DNA from: Picochlorum sp. SENEW3 | Taxonomy: Eukaryota | Direction: 5' to 3' | Assembly: GCA_034226945.1 (NCBI GenBank) | Contig: CP120454.1 | Span: forward strand, 1,364,001-1,428,000 | DNA: 64,000 bases | Shown here: piece by piece, positions 11,810-22,870 of the stretch | How the letters are laid out: each line of letters starts with the position of its first letter | How positions within the stretch are numbered: the first letter of the stretch is position 1 | Translations under genes and position numbers: made by a program | The notes under the pieces: model-generated | What the model was told of the DNA's origin: nothing | Database searches by the model: none | The model's input: only the letters and a program-made list of their open reading frames with translations

Positions 11810-12133
11810 GTAGCGGTAGCATAGGCGAGCGGCATTGTATTGATGAAATTCTTGTATATTCTATCAAACGAATACTCTCAAAAACATCATGATTGGTTGT
11901 ATACCATGATGATGTCGTCGGTGTAAGAAACAGAAACTTTCTGGCTGTTCCACCAACGCGTTGGTGGTCTTACGTAAGATGCTCTTCTAGGGCAATGTGA
12001 ACAAGACATGCCCGTGTCGAAAAACCCCCAGTACCGCTCCACATGTCTTTGCATCAGTAAATAGAAAATTTTCAAATCGTAAACCGTAGAAAGAAACCCT
12101 GGTCGTCCATCATCGGTGTCGTCGAGGGACGAG

Positions 12134-13402
12134 ATGGGTGAAAAGAAATTGTCCGGTGCGAGCGGTGCATCCGGAGAAACACACGCATCAGCGGAGGAAT
12201 TAGAAGCTCGAGGATGGAAAAGGGCTGGGTCCGTGACCTTCAGTCGGCCAAAGGTCGGAGTAGGGTACAAATCTATTCGAGACCTGATGGGGGAAGAATA
12301 CATTGACTATCTAGATTTGAGCATCAAAAATAAGCTAGGAGAGGGTGCATTTGCCAATGTTTTTCTGGCGAAACTTATTGATGGGACTGAAGTGGCTGTG
12401 AAAATGCTCAAACATGAGCATTTGAAGAATGAGGAGGAGATATTTCTGTTTTTAAAAGAGATCAAGACGCTAAAAAAACTTCACCATCGTAATATTGTGC
12501 AATTGATCGGTATGGGAGGCGTGCAAGACCAAAAAGGTAAGGTGATTGAATTATTTGTCGTGACGGAAGTGTTGAAAGGAGGGACGCTGCGCCGCCTAGT
12601 CCAGGACCAGATGATTACAGTGCATCACAAGCAGTATTCCATCTACGAGGCCACCCTGTGGTGCCTGGGAGTGGCAAAGGCATTGCAATACTTGCACAAA
12701 GCGACCCCGAAAGTGATTCATAGAGATTTGAAATTAGAGAATGTGATTTTGACCGTATCTCCCAGCACTCGGAAAAAAGGTGAGGAGATTGTTGCAAAAC
12801 TGGCTGATTTCGGTTTGGCAACATTGTTGGAGAAACACACCAAGGATTTGTACTCTGATATCGTCGATGAGGTGATGAAAAAACCCGAAGCTATGTGGTC
12901 TTCTCTTACTCGAACAAGGAGTAACAAGGTGGTGGCATTGCTGGAAAAAATGCAGAGCATGAGCTCGTATGGGTCCCCCAGCAATGATGAATCCATGTAC
13001 AGTGGATATGCAGAGGCCACAGGGGTTGCTGGGTCGTACGGGTACATGGCACCAGAGGTGTTTTTGAATCAAACTTATACAGAAAAGGTCGACATATTCA
13101 GTTTTGGTGTCCTCATGTATAATCTGTGTTACAGAGTCATCCCATCCCTGATGATCATGTCAAATGGGGACACACAGGATATGGTTGTGTATGCAAAGCA
13201 AGTGGCAGACGGATTTCGACAGCCTTTGAGTGATGAGAAAATTCCCAAGCAGTTGAATGAGATTATCGAATCATGCTGGAGTCATGACCCAGCTGACAGA
13301 CCGAGTGCCACCAAAGTTGTGGACATGTTGACTGCAGTTTTGGAATCTGAGGTTTTGGATCCTGATGAAGCTGTCGGTGGCTGCTGCTGTATTGTATCGT
13401 AA
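12134..13402 (+). CDS. TKL-group protein kinase with C-terminal CCCIVS lipidation motif
   Basis: LGEGAFANV, VAVKML, HRDLKLEN, DFG, YMAPE, DIFSFG and CW..DP..RP motifs. Confidence 0.93.
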   Translation: MGEKKLSGASGASGETHASAEELEARGWKRAGSVTFSRPKVGVGYKSIRDLMGEEYIDYLDLSIKNKLGEGAFANVFLAKLIDGTEVAVKMLKHEHLKNEEEIFLFLKEIKTLKKLHHRNIVQLIGMGGVQDQKGKVIELFVVTEVLKGGTLRRLVQDQMITVHHKQYSIYEATLWCLGVAKALQYLHKATPKVIHRDLKLENVILTVSPSTRKKGEEIVAKLADFGLATLLEKHTKDLYSDIVDEVMKKPEAMWSSLTRTRSNKVVALLEKMQSMSSYGSPSNDESMYSGYAEATGVAGSYGYMAPEVFLNQTYTEKVDIFSFGVLMYNLCYRVIPSLMIMSNGDTQDMVVYAKQVADGFRQPLSDEKIPKQLNEIIESCWSHDPADRPSATKVVDMLTAVLESEVLDPDEAVGGCCCIVS

Positions 13403-13461
13403 ATCGGATAATTATTTTAATTTTTTGTCAGTAATGATGTATTCACGAGAATAACTCTGTC

Positions 13462-13879
13462 ATGGCGGAGAATTCTGACAAAGCGGAAGATTCTCCTGAA
13501 TCGCAACAAGGTCGAACTTCGTGTGTTAAATACTTTGATGCCCTCTGGTTCTGTTATTGTACGTCATATGTACTTTTATAATAAATTTCGATCGTAATCA
13601 TAATGCCTGACTGTGTGTGTGTATTTGTATATGAGAGCAGCTCCAGTTCATCAACTGAAGAGGTATTATGTGTATGGGGATGTGGACGACTGTTTGGGCC
13701 ATTGGAGCAAGCTGATGGCATGTCTGAGGCAGAAGACTCGGTTCAGGGATGAGGAGGATGCGATACACCGCGATGGGGAGTGCCTGTGGGAATTACGGTC
13801 CCCAGAAGAGGCAGCAGCATTCTGGACAAAGGAGTTCAGCCAAGATGATAATGATGAGCATGATACACAAACGACGTGA
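13462..13879 (+). CDS. Small twin-Cys-pair protein, EMI1/DUF3128-like
   Basis: Splicing intron 13559-13640 gives SCVKYFDALWFCYSPVHQLKRYYVYGDVDDCLGHWSKLMACL. Confidence 0.8.
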
Positions 13880-13905
13880 CAATGGTAACAATATTACTGA
13901 TACTG

Positions 13906-16403
13906 CTAGACAATTGATGATGCAGCCTGTGTAATGTCTGAGATATCTCTGAAGGTGAGGCATTCTCTGTCTAGGAGGAGTTTCTGTGCCAGGGTCAGGG
14001 CGCGGGTTTCGCATGCTGCCCTGTCATCTGCATTCGCGATGGTTTCAAAGTCTGCCACATGAGCGACACCTATTATCCTGCGAATAATAACACACCCAGC
14101 AAAGCCCACAATCTCTGTCCACAATTCCCTGAAAAAGTCCTTCTGCAGTGCCTGGAGGGCTCCTTTGTCCTTGGTAGAGGAAAAGATCAGTTTATGGCAT
14201 AGTCCTTCAGTCGGCGAGTCAATCGCGTCATTCCATTGAGAAATAAACTCTTGTTTGAATCCTTTCCAGATGGATTCAATGATAGATAGAATCCATGCCT
14301 TTTGCTGGGTTCTGTCCTGCCCATCCTGTCGCGAAAGCCCATCAGCGGCAAAGTATGTCATAAGGAGGTTTGCAATTAATTTCCCGACATCGAACGCGAT
14401 TGGCCCAACAAATGCAAATTCTGGATCGATGACAAATGTACTATCCTCAGTCACCATGAGAGACCCTGTGTGAAAATCTCCATGCACAAGGGCTTCTTGC
14501 TTTGATAGAAAGACTGCCTTCATGCGTGTAGCTTCTGCTTTCAGTGCGTCATTGGATTGGATCTCTGCAACAATGGCATCCAACTGTGGTGAAGTATGTT
14601 TGTTATTTTTAGCCTGATAGTATGGATCTGTAAAGATGACCTGCTCTGTCAACCCACAAAGTTCCTTGTTTGAAAACCTTTTTGCCAGCTGTCTGAACTC
14701 TTCTCCTCCCATGGCAATACATGACGTTTTGAACAGTGTCCGAGATAAAAACAAGACGATGTGCTCGGCAAGCAGAGGATACTGTTTTCCTTGGATCAAA
14801 CCGTCTCGGAGCGTCACATGAGGAGGCGCAATGTACTGCATTACCAAAACCTTGCCATCAGCATCAAAATGCAAAACAGCTGGCACATGGTGAGGGCACA
14901 ATCTACCCTGCTCTACCAATGCATCCGCCTCAATCCGGGATCTATTCTGTGATAGTGGCCAATCAGAGCCAATGACTCGGACAAATGGAGGCGCTTGCTT
15001 GATGCATACGGATCCACTTGGTCCTGTGACAATGTAGACGTAGTTGAGGTTGCCGTCACCGACTTCTCTGACCTCCCATTCGTCCTGAGACTCCACATCT
15101 CCTACATGTATCGACAAGTGAGGTCTTGAAGACACATACTGTTTCGCATCTGATGGGGTAATTTCCTTAAAATTGACCGCCATGTTGTCTCCTGCAAGGT
15201 CACCAATATCAACAGAGTCCTCTGTGGATGTCACCTTGTGCATTGATGCATCCTGCCCAAGCATCCACGTCCTCAACTGAAATCCAGACACCCGTGGTGC
15301 CATCCCTTTTTCTGTAATAATTCCTTCAATCAGCGCTGCAGGAGTCACATCAAACGATGGATTCCAGACTGGCAACTCTGCAGCAACTCGCTCCCCTCTA
15401 AAATGTGTCACCTGCATGATGGCCAGCATGATGATTTGTATGTATACACCTCCACACCCCGACATATACGTACCTCTTCTGGACTGCGCTGCTCGATAGG
15501 AATCAATGTTCCATTATCGAGATCAACATCAATGGTCGTGGTTGGTGCAGCAATAAAAAAGGGAATGTTGTGATATGCCGCCGCCACAGCAATATTGAAC
15601 GTCCCAATCTTGTTCGCAGTATCACCATTCGCAGCAATCCTATCCGCACCGACAACAACAGCATCAACTTTATTACTCTGCATCAACGCAGCGACTGCAG
15701 AATCGCACACCAGCGTCCCTGGCATATTATCCATGGCAATCTCAAACGCCGTCAACCTTGCACCTTGATTATACGGACGAGTCTCCGTACAATACACATG
15801 GTTCAAATACCCCTTCTCATGCAACGCACGAACAACTCCAAGCGCTGTTCCATACCCTGCTGTCGCCAAACTCCCCGTATTGCAGTGGGTCAGCACACAA
15901 ATCTTCCCATGCCCACCCCTTCCTCTAGCCTTTGCAGCCTCCATCAGGGCCTCTGCACCGTACCCACCCATCATTCTATTCGCCCTCACATCCTCATTCA
16001 GCATATCTTCCGCAGCCCTCACAACCGCCATGGCCACACTCGGTCCATCCGCACCAGGCCGAACTGCCTCAACAGCCACCACGTCCTTCAATTGCTTGAC
16101 AGCAATAAACAAATTCACTGCCGTCGGTCTGCTCGTCTCCAAATACGACAACCTCTCTTCAACAAAGCATTTTGCAGCGTCTGCCGTATCAAATTGCTCC
16201 CCTCCCCCTCCATTCACCAATTCCACAGCAAGACTGAGAACTCCAGCAATGGCAATGGCAGGAGCACCTCGAACGCTCATCTCCCGTATCGCCTTCCAAC
16301 CATCATCTACCGTACGGATATCAATCCATTCAATCTCTAAAGGCAATCGACGCTGCTCTAATAGCTGCAAAGAGCCTCTCGTGTAACGAAGCGACTCGAC
16401 CAT
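13906..16403 (-). CDS. mtnA-mtnK: Fused methylthioribose-1-phosphate isomerase (MtnA/MRI1) and 5-methylthioribose kinase (MtnK/MTK)
   Basis: MtnA motifs VRGAPAI, SRPTAVNL, THCNTGSLATAGYGTALG, GDTANKIG, NPSFDVTP; MtnK motifs EVGDGNLNYV, IKQAPPFVR, HGDFHTGS, DPEFAF; 62-nt GT-AG intron 15412-15473 joins both ORFs in frame. Confidence 0.93.
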
Positions 16404-16884
16404 GCTTTTTTCAGTAATACTAATCAATAGCCTGCCTCTTGCCTCCTTGTGCGCTCCGATCTCAGCCCCTACAGTCCTTGATCGCTACACTACCCTATCA
16501 AATTACATATATATACTAGTGCAGGACGATGAATGAATACCTGGTGCTATTTGGTAATAATTTTCTTCTTCTTATTCAAGGAATATTCGAATCTTTGGTG
16601 TCGTGTGCCATGGTCATCATTTCTTTCTCCACGTGTCACAACAGCCCCGATGTCGCCCAGCGATTCAGATCAGCACCACAACTACCGCACTATGCTCATA
16701 TACCGCGAGTCCAGCCTTTTTTACGCCAAACACGACACGTGATCACAGATGCGTTTTTCTCAGCCAGTCGTTTACAAAGCGCGCCTCATCTGATCCTCAT
16801 GGGGCGAATCAACTTCCGTCAGGGTTGGAGTTACTCTGATTGACCATCAACGCACCCCTCTGATGGGACGTATAAATCAACTAG

Positions 16885-16897
16885 TTCTAGAAAATTC
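16885..16897. promoter_or_regulatory. Perfect three-unit heat-shock element TTCtaGAAaaTTC
   Basis: Matches the alternating nGAAn consensus; in the divergent promoter about 270 bp upstream of the thioredoxin-like gene. Confidence 0.45.
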
Positions 16898-17168
16898 TAG
16901 GGCATGGTGGACGATACCTTTTGGTACTTCCCAGGAATTGTGAGACAGGTTAGGCCATACATTATTTACCAAAACAATTGCATGCGCGTTGTAGTAAAAT
17001 TGGAATCAATTACAACGCATATGGCATTGTAGTACCCTGGGACTAGTCCAATTCCTTGTCGACGTTGTAGACCGAGAGGGAACGACACACGAGCTTGTTA
17101 CCCGTGCTTGACTGCATTTATTCGGTACTATTACGCATATACTGCATTTTTGAATACTTTGGGGAAGA

Positions 17169-17831
17169 ATGTATTGTCATCGTGTTGGTACCACTGTAAA
17201 CCTGGTGTCAGCTGGTGGTTCCCGTGTCATATCAGCCTCTGCTGCTCCGAATCAGGTGGAACCTCCTGCGACACGGAAAACTACTGCTGCGAACAATGTG
17301 TTGCTGACGAAGAAGAGGCGACAGCCTACCAAGGATCAGGAGACGAACACCTTGCCTGTGGCTGAACCTGTGACAGAGGCCAGGAGGCAACTGGAACTGG
17401 AAGTGCAAGCATTGTTGCGCAAGGAGAAGGAAAAAGAGAGCAAATGGATTCGTCAGGGTGATATTCCAAAAAATATCGTGTTTGTGGAATCGAAAGAGCA
17501 GTTGAAAACGCTGGTGATGCAGAATGTGCATGCAGCTGTTGTTGTTGACTTTTTCTCTGCCGAATGCCACGCGTGCAAGTCCATGTGGCCGAAAATAAAG
17601 CAGTTGGCGGAACAAAATGATTCCGTTTTGTTCGCAAAAATAAACACATCCGAGCCAGGGATGGCGGAGATTGCTGATGGGCTGAATGTGTCCAAGCTTC
17701 CATGGTTTCTCATCTTCCAAGGGGAGGGAGACATGGTGGCGTCCTTTACTGCGAATTTGAAAACATTTAACATCCTTCGTACGGAAGTGTCTCTTGCAAA
17801 AGAGCGTGCGGAAGAGTCGTGCTGTTGTTGA
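17169..17831 (+). CDS. Atypical thioredoxin-like protein (ACHT/Lilium-like), probably plastid-targeted
   Basis: VVVDFFSAECHACKSMWP CxxC site, cis-Pro LPWF motif, N-terminal extension. Confidence 0.85.
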   Translation: MYCHRVGTTVNLVSAGGSRVISASAAPNQVEPPATRKTTAANNVLLTKKRRQPTKDQETNTLPVAEPVTEARRQLELEVQALLRKEKEKESKWIRQGDIPKNIVFVESKEQLKTLVMQNVHAAVVVDFFSAECHACKSMWPKIKQLAEQNDSVLFAKINTSEPGMAEIADGLNVSKLPWFLIFQGEGDMVASFTANLKTFNILRTEVSLAKERAEESCCC

Positions 17832-18172
17832 ATGATGATATTCCTATATTGTTGGTCAGTCTGATTTTCCAAACTACGGGACTCATAGTGTAGTACACTG
17901 ATGGTCTGCACAGTGCAGCCAATTTTGGTGCGTGTACTATGAGTCGTGGTATCCGTAGGACAGATTTGATGTTGTTGATGCGTGGGATTGGTGTCTACCA
18001 TCCATATGGAGATGTGGACAAGAGCTGTTGTGGTCCATCCCATCCACGCTTCTGTACAGTACCGTGTATTCTCATATACCATGAATAAATACAATTTCAT
18101 TTCAGATATATACTACCACGTGTAAAAGGTTATACGTATGGCATTGTTGGTGTAACCCTTGCATGTTCTGCC

Positions 18173-19549
18173 ATGGAGAATGGAACTGACTCTGGCCTGG
18201 GCCAGGTGCAGCTGTTTGCTACGAATGTTAGGAGAAAGACAAAGAAGAGAAAGGTTGAACCAGAATCATCCGCTGGAGCATCGAAAGAGGTGTTGCGAGT
18301 GGACTCGCATGCACATGCGAATGCACATGATGACGCAAGTTTCAGCGATCTTGGTCTATCTGAGTGGTTGGAGAAGGTCTGCTCTGATTTAGGTATAGTT
18401 GAGCCAACTCCTGTACAGAAAGGGTGCATACCTGCTATTTTACAGGGTCGGGATGTGATTGGTGTGGCCCAGACAGGGAGTGGGAAAACTGCTGCCTTTG
18501 CGCTACCAGTGCTGCATACCCTTGCGAAAAATCCTTATGGGGTGTATAATCTCGTGCTTACGCCAACCAGAGAATTGGCATTCCAAATTGCGGATCAATA
18601 TAGGGCGTTTGGAACTGGTCAAACAGTCAGGGTGAGTGTGATTGTTGGGGGTTTGAATTCTCAGGATCAGTCCAAGGAGTTGATGCAGAGACCGCATGTA
18701 GTGATTGCGACGCCTGGGAGATTGCAGGATTTGATAGAACGTGATGCCTCTCTGGCGGACTGTTTTCGACGGACGTCATTTCTGATACTGGATGAAGCTG
18801 ATCGGTTGTTGGATGAGTCTTTTGAGTCTGCCTTGGATACCATCCTATCTGCCCTTCCCGCCAAACGGCAGACGCTTTTGTTCAGTGCTACAATGACGGA
18901 GACATTAATTACATTGCAGAAGTCTTTGTTGCAAAATGCATACGTGTTTGAAGCCTACTCTGGTCTGAAGACAGCATCTGGGTTGAAGGAGGAGTTTACA
19001 TTGGTGCCTGCCAAAGTGAAAGAGGTGTATTTGACATACTTGTTGCGACATTTGGACGACTTTGACGTGCGAAGTTGTATCGTGTTTGCTGGAACCCGTA
19101 AATCGTGCGAAAATCTTGCATTAGTATTGTCCGAATTGGAGATTCAGGTTGCTCCGTTGCATTCAGGGCTGGCACAGAGGAATAGAATGGCGTCGTTAGA
19201 TCGTTTCAGGAGTGGTAGAGTATCCATCTTGTTGGCCACAGATGTCGCGTCTAGAGGACTTGATATTCCAGAGGTGGATTTGGTGGTCAACTTTGATCTG
19301 CCCAAGTTGGCAAGTGACTATGTGCATCGAGTTGGTAGGACTGCTCGTGCTGGTGGGAAGGGATGGTCATTGTCATTTGTGTCTCAATACGATATCGAAC
19401 TTCTCAAATCAATAGAATCTCTCACAGGAAATGAAATGACGAAATACGAGATGAATGAAAAGGACGTTCTCAAGGGTCTCTCCGAAGTATACAGTGCAAC
19501 AAGGATTGCACGGATGAAGGCATCTGATCAAAAAAGGCGCAATGAATAA
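18173..19549 (+). CDS. DDX49: DEAD-box RNA helicase DDX49/DBP8
   Basis: Q motif, AQTGSGKT, PTRELAFQI, DEAD, SAT, HRVGRTARAG; NPYGVY and VKEVYL segments typical of Dbp8. Confidence 0.9.
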   Translation: MENGTDSGLGQVQLFATNVRRKTKKRKVEPESSAGASKEVLRVDSHAHANAHDDASFSDLGLSEWLEKVCSDLGIVEPTPVQKGCIPAILQGRDVIGVAQTGSGKTAAFALPVLHTLAKNPYGVYNLVLTPTRELAFQIADQYRAFGTGQTVRVSVIVGGLNSQDQSKELMQRPHVVIATPGRLQDLIERDASLADCFRRTSFLILDEADRLLDESFESALDTILSALPAKRQTLLFSATMTETLITLQKSLLQNAYVFEAYSGLKTASGLKEEFTLVPAKVKEVYLTYLLRHLDDFDVRSCIVFAGTRKSCENLALVLSELEIQVAPLHSGLAQRNRMASLDRFRSGRVSILLATDVASRGLDIPEVDLVVNFDLPKLASDYVHRVGRTARAGGKGWSLSFVSQYDIELLKSIESLTGNEMTKYEMNEKDVLKGLSEVYSATRIARMKASDQKRRNE

Positions 19550-19561
19550 AATGAATACCCG

Positions 19562-20380
19562 TCATGAATTGCCATCATAGAAGCTCTCCTGTGCTATTAT
19601 TTTGTAATATTCTCCCTTTTTCCTACCATGCATAGAGCATACCTGTAGTCGATCTAACGCAATTGATTCTCCAACCATCTGCTCTGGTAAAACAAGCATG
19701 TCATTGTCAATGCTGTCAAACTTGTAGGTCCACCAATTGCGAACAGAGCCCTTGAGTAACGAGCACTTGGCAATCGTCATATGAGGTGTAAAGTGTCCTG
19801 AATCTATCCATATCGAGTCCTGACGTGCCTCTCGTGCTGTCGATACCATACTGCTCTCTGTCGAAGCCTCCTCCGCATCCATTGCCTGGGAGTCATCTGG
19901 TGTTGTTGATGATGTGTCAGCATCAGTCTCGCCATTAATCGATGGAGCAATACTCTCAAAATGCGGCCTCACGCAATGATATATATCCCTCAGCATTTTC
20001 TCTGAATCTTCGGTCGGTTTCATGTAGAGCACTGATTTCCGAAATGATTGAATGCCACTAAACTCCACAGGTTGCAGAGCAACAGACCCTTGAACCGATG
20101 TCACCGACTTTTTGAGCGCTTCTTCCACCTGCTGTATCATCTCTTGGTCCTTTCCAATTCTCATAACACCAAGAGTGATATGTATCGTGTTTGGATCGAC
20201 CAGTGTCCCCTTCAGATGGGGATATTTTTCAATCAGAGTTGCCTGAAGGTGGTCGACAGCCTGTCGACAGCGAAACGTATGTGCAAATGGAATGGCGATA
20301 AAGCAATCAGGTCTCGTCTTTGGTTTTCTAGGTTGTTTTGTTAATTTTTGCTTCATTTTTATTTCCATTCTTCTCGCCAT
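19562..20380 (-). CDS. 2H phosphoesterase, AKAP7-like domain protein
   Basis: RPDCFIAIP start, two HxT motifs (IHITLG and FTPHMTIAK), LCSM-like C-terminal strand (VCSM). Confidence 0.82.
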   Translation of the reverse strand: MARRMEIKMKQKLTKQPRKPKTRPDCFIAIPFAHTFRCRQAVDHLQATLIEKYPHLKGTLVDPNTIHITLGVMRIGKDQEMIQQVEEALKKSVTSVQGSVALQPVEFSGIQSFRKSVLYMKPTEDSEKMLRDIYHCVRPHFESIAPSINGETDADTSSTTPDDSQAMDAEEASTESSMVSTAREARQDSIWIDSGHFTPHMTIAKCSLLKGSVRNWWTYKFDSIDNDMLVLPEQMVGESIALDRLQVCSMHGRKKGEYYKIIAQESFYDGNS

Positions 20381-20890
20381 AATGAAGCGTATTGAGAATT
20401 GGAAAGCAGCCTTGCTTGGGGGAGACAGTCCATTTCTAGTCCGTGGTATCTAGACATGCTGCATCAAAAGATGCCGTGTGTGGTTGATGAAAACGAAAAT
20501 AATCTTACAACAAAATGATATTGTGCATAAAAGAATGTCATTGATAGCTCATCCAGAGCTCCTCAAGCAACACTGCACTCTGATCTCTACAGTGAAAACA
20601 CAAAAACAAGCTAAAAATGGGTAATAAAACAAATGGTCGTCCGTATCCGTGACGGGATCTATCAATGGTACGATCTTTTTTCATCTTTTCGGATTTTGAG
20701 AGATGCCGTAATAGCACTCAATCTACAATACACCTGTATGGTTCTAATGTACATGTTGATCCATCCCAACGATCCATTCCAGCTGGGATTGCTGTAATTC
20801 TCTCTTCATTGCATCAGTGTATACAATCTCTGTCGTTGTACTGTATCGTCTGTATTCTAGTATATCATCTGAGTTTCTATTCATTCATAT

Positions 20891-22870
20891 TTATGAATGT
20901 GTATGCTTCTGAGCTGGTGCCCCATATGGCACATTTTGACCTGATGACACTGGAGGAGGTATCCAGGAGTACTGGCCCTTGAACCCAGTGGAACTTAAAA
21001 ATGGGGGGCTAAATGTCTGAGATGCGCCAGATTGAGAGCCTGACAATCCATATGCACTGGCAATGACATCATGTGCTGCCCTAGGATATGAATCATGCAG
21101 CTTATAGCCCTCTGCTGGTCTCCTGGGCACTTTTGGTGACCTCATGATTGGCCTGGTATCAAACGCACTGTGCCCAATCTGACGGAGTGTCTCCATCCTT
21201 TCCATCGACGCTGCGCTTCTCTCAGACCGTGGACCCTTGAAGAACGTTGCTACCATGGGTTCATCACGTGGAGCTTTGACTGGCTTTGGGGTAGTCAGTG
21301 GGCGATTGACACCGTGTGTCTTCCGGTAAATACCGCAAGCATTGCATAGAATCACTCCAGTGTCTTTATCTTTCCGCCACAAGGGTGTCTGTTGAGTTCC
21401 ACAATTCTCGCACGTCTGTGTTGCATTCTTGCTGGTGTTTGGGCCAGAATGATATGTAGCAGATTCTCTTCTGGCAACATGTGTGCTACCAGCCTCTTTC
21501 TTATCACCTTCTCCCACATCAGCGTACAGTCGAACTGTTCCCCAATTCTCTCCAGTCACTTCATCCTTCATTGCAGCCTGCTTGAGCGACCACAGCCCCT
21601 TGATTGCCCCATCAACATCAAACCCAGTGGGAACAGTTGTGATCAATCGATCAATCAATTCACCTCTCATCTTCTCGGTACTCTCCTCCGAGCTGACCAC
21701 CCCACTAAAATCTGAATCGGCATCTGTTCCTTCGAGGGAACGTGGTTTTCTTGGCCTAGAGGACCTCCGGGAAGCACGCTGAGCTGGCTCCTGGCTTGGC
21801 ACATCCTGTGCCACCAATGCTCTCAAAGCAGCATGCGCTGCTTGGTGAGCACCCCCAGATCCGAGCATTTTTGCGGTTATACTTCCCCCAGGCAACGTTT
21901 CCTTCTTTGCACTTTTACCAGGACTTGACTGTGACAGAGACACTGGTCTATGGCGCCCATGGTTCTTGTAGTATATCCCACATGCATTGCACATGATGAT
22001 ATTCAGCGTTTTATCCTTCCTCCACAAAGGCGTTGATGTGGTTCCACAATTATAGCACACTTTTGCTTGTGGTTCATTGCCACGTTCCTGCGCTACTAGC
22101 CCTGGCTGTGCAACATGCTCTGGCTCTGGCTTGACCTGCTTTTCTGGTCTGCTCGAAGCCTCCACGAACAAGGCTGACAACCCACGCTTCTTTGATGTCG
22201 GAGACATCATACCTTCTTGTTCAGCCTCGACATCCTTCATATTCACCAAAAATTCTGGCAAATCCAAAGCTTTTACGGTTCCTTGTCGTCCCAGCATAAT
22301 CACCAGACTCTCCACAAAGTTCTCTGCATCCACATATCCATCTTTGAACAACACAAGAATGCTCGACACTGCCTGTGCATACTCTTTTGTTAAAATCTTA
22401 TCAGCCATCTTTTGCACCCGTTTGAGCCTGTTTGCATTCATCAGGAACCGAATAGACAACTGCCGGGTTCTCTTGCTCAGCAACATATCCCACGTCATCC
22501 CACGCAGCCGTTCATCATGCCCATATGGAAGCTCATCAGTACCAGATATGTGTGACAGGTACTCTGCCACGCGCTGCTCACCAGCCCGCTCGTGTGACAC
22601 CCCCATCACTTGAGAAATCTTCTTCACATTGCTCGTGCCAAACGTAAACACAGCCAACATGAACATCTGCTTCTGCGCATCATCCAACAGCAATGACGCC
22701 CCTTCATTGTTATTATTATTGTTTCTTTCCTCTCCACCCTCCTCAACCACCTGAGCAACATGATTATTGATCAACATGTCATGTCCAACCTCACCCCGTT
22801 GACCACCTGCCTGCTCTTCTATCGGATGCGAGGTGGTCATTGCGACTATATCCTTTCCTTGAATATCCAC
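20891..22870 (-). CDS. Transcription regulator with two GATA zinc fingers and a SANT-like N-terminal region
   Basis: CYNC-x18-CNAC and CENC-x18-CNAC, both with TPLWR; start uncertain (first ATG at 22840). Confidence 0.88.
   Translation of the reverse strand: MDIQGKDIVAMTTSHPIEEQAGGQRGEVGHDMLINNHVAQVVEEGGEERNNNNNNEGASLLLDDAQKQMFMLAVFTFGTSNVKKISQVMGVSHERAGEQRVAEYLSHISGTDELPYGHDERLRGMTWDMLLSKRTRQLSIRFLMNANRLKRVQKMADKILTKEYAQAVSSILVLFKDGYVDAENFVESLVIMLGRQGTVKALDLPEFLVNMKDVEAEQEGMMSPTSKKRGLSALFVEASSRPEKQVKPEPEHVAQPGLVAQERGNEPQAKVCYNCGTTSTPLWRKDKTLNIIMCNACGIYYKNHGRHRPVSLSQSSPGKSAKKETLPGGSITAKMLGSGGAHQAAHAALRALVAQDVPSQEPAQRASRRSSRPRKPRSLEGTDADSDFSGVVSSEESTEKMRGELIDRLITTVPTGFDVDGAIKGLWSLKQAAMKDEVTGENWGTVRLYADVGEGDKKEAGSTHVARRESATYHSGPNTSKNATQTCENCGTQQTPLWRKDKDTGVILCNACGIYRKTHGVNRPLTTPKPVKAPRDEPMVATFFKGPRSERSAASMERMETLRQIGHSAFDTRPIMRSPKVPRRPAEGYKLHDSYPRAAHDVIASAYGLSGSQSGASQTFSPPFLSSTGFKGQYSWIPPPVSSGQNVPYGAPAQKHTHS

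Noticed and set aside
17817..17864. Thioredoxin-like ORF ends SCCC-TGA, suggesting Sec readthrough
   Set aside because: No canonical SECIS (AUGA...AA...GA) seen downstream, and the readthrough peptide looks non-coding; treated as a normal stop.
17453..18100. 215-aa minus-strand ORF
   Set aside because: Overlaps the thioredoxin-like gene antisense and has no recognisable motifs.
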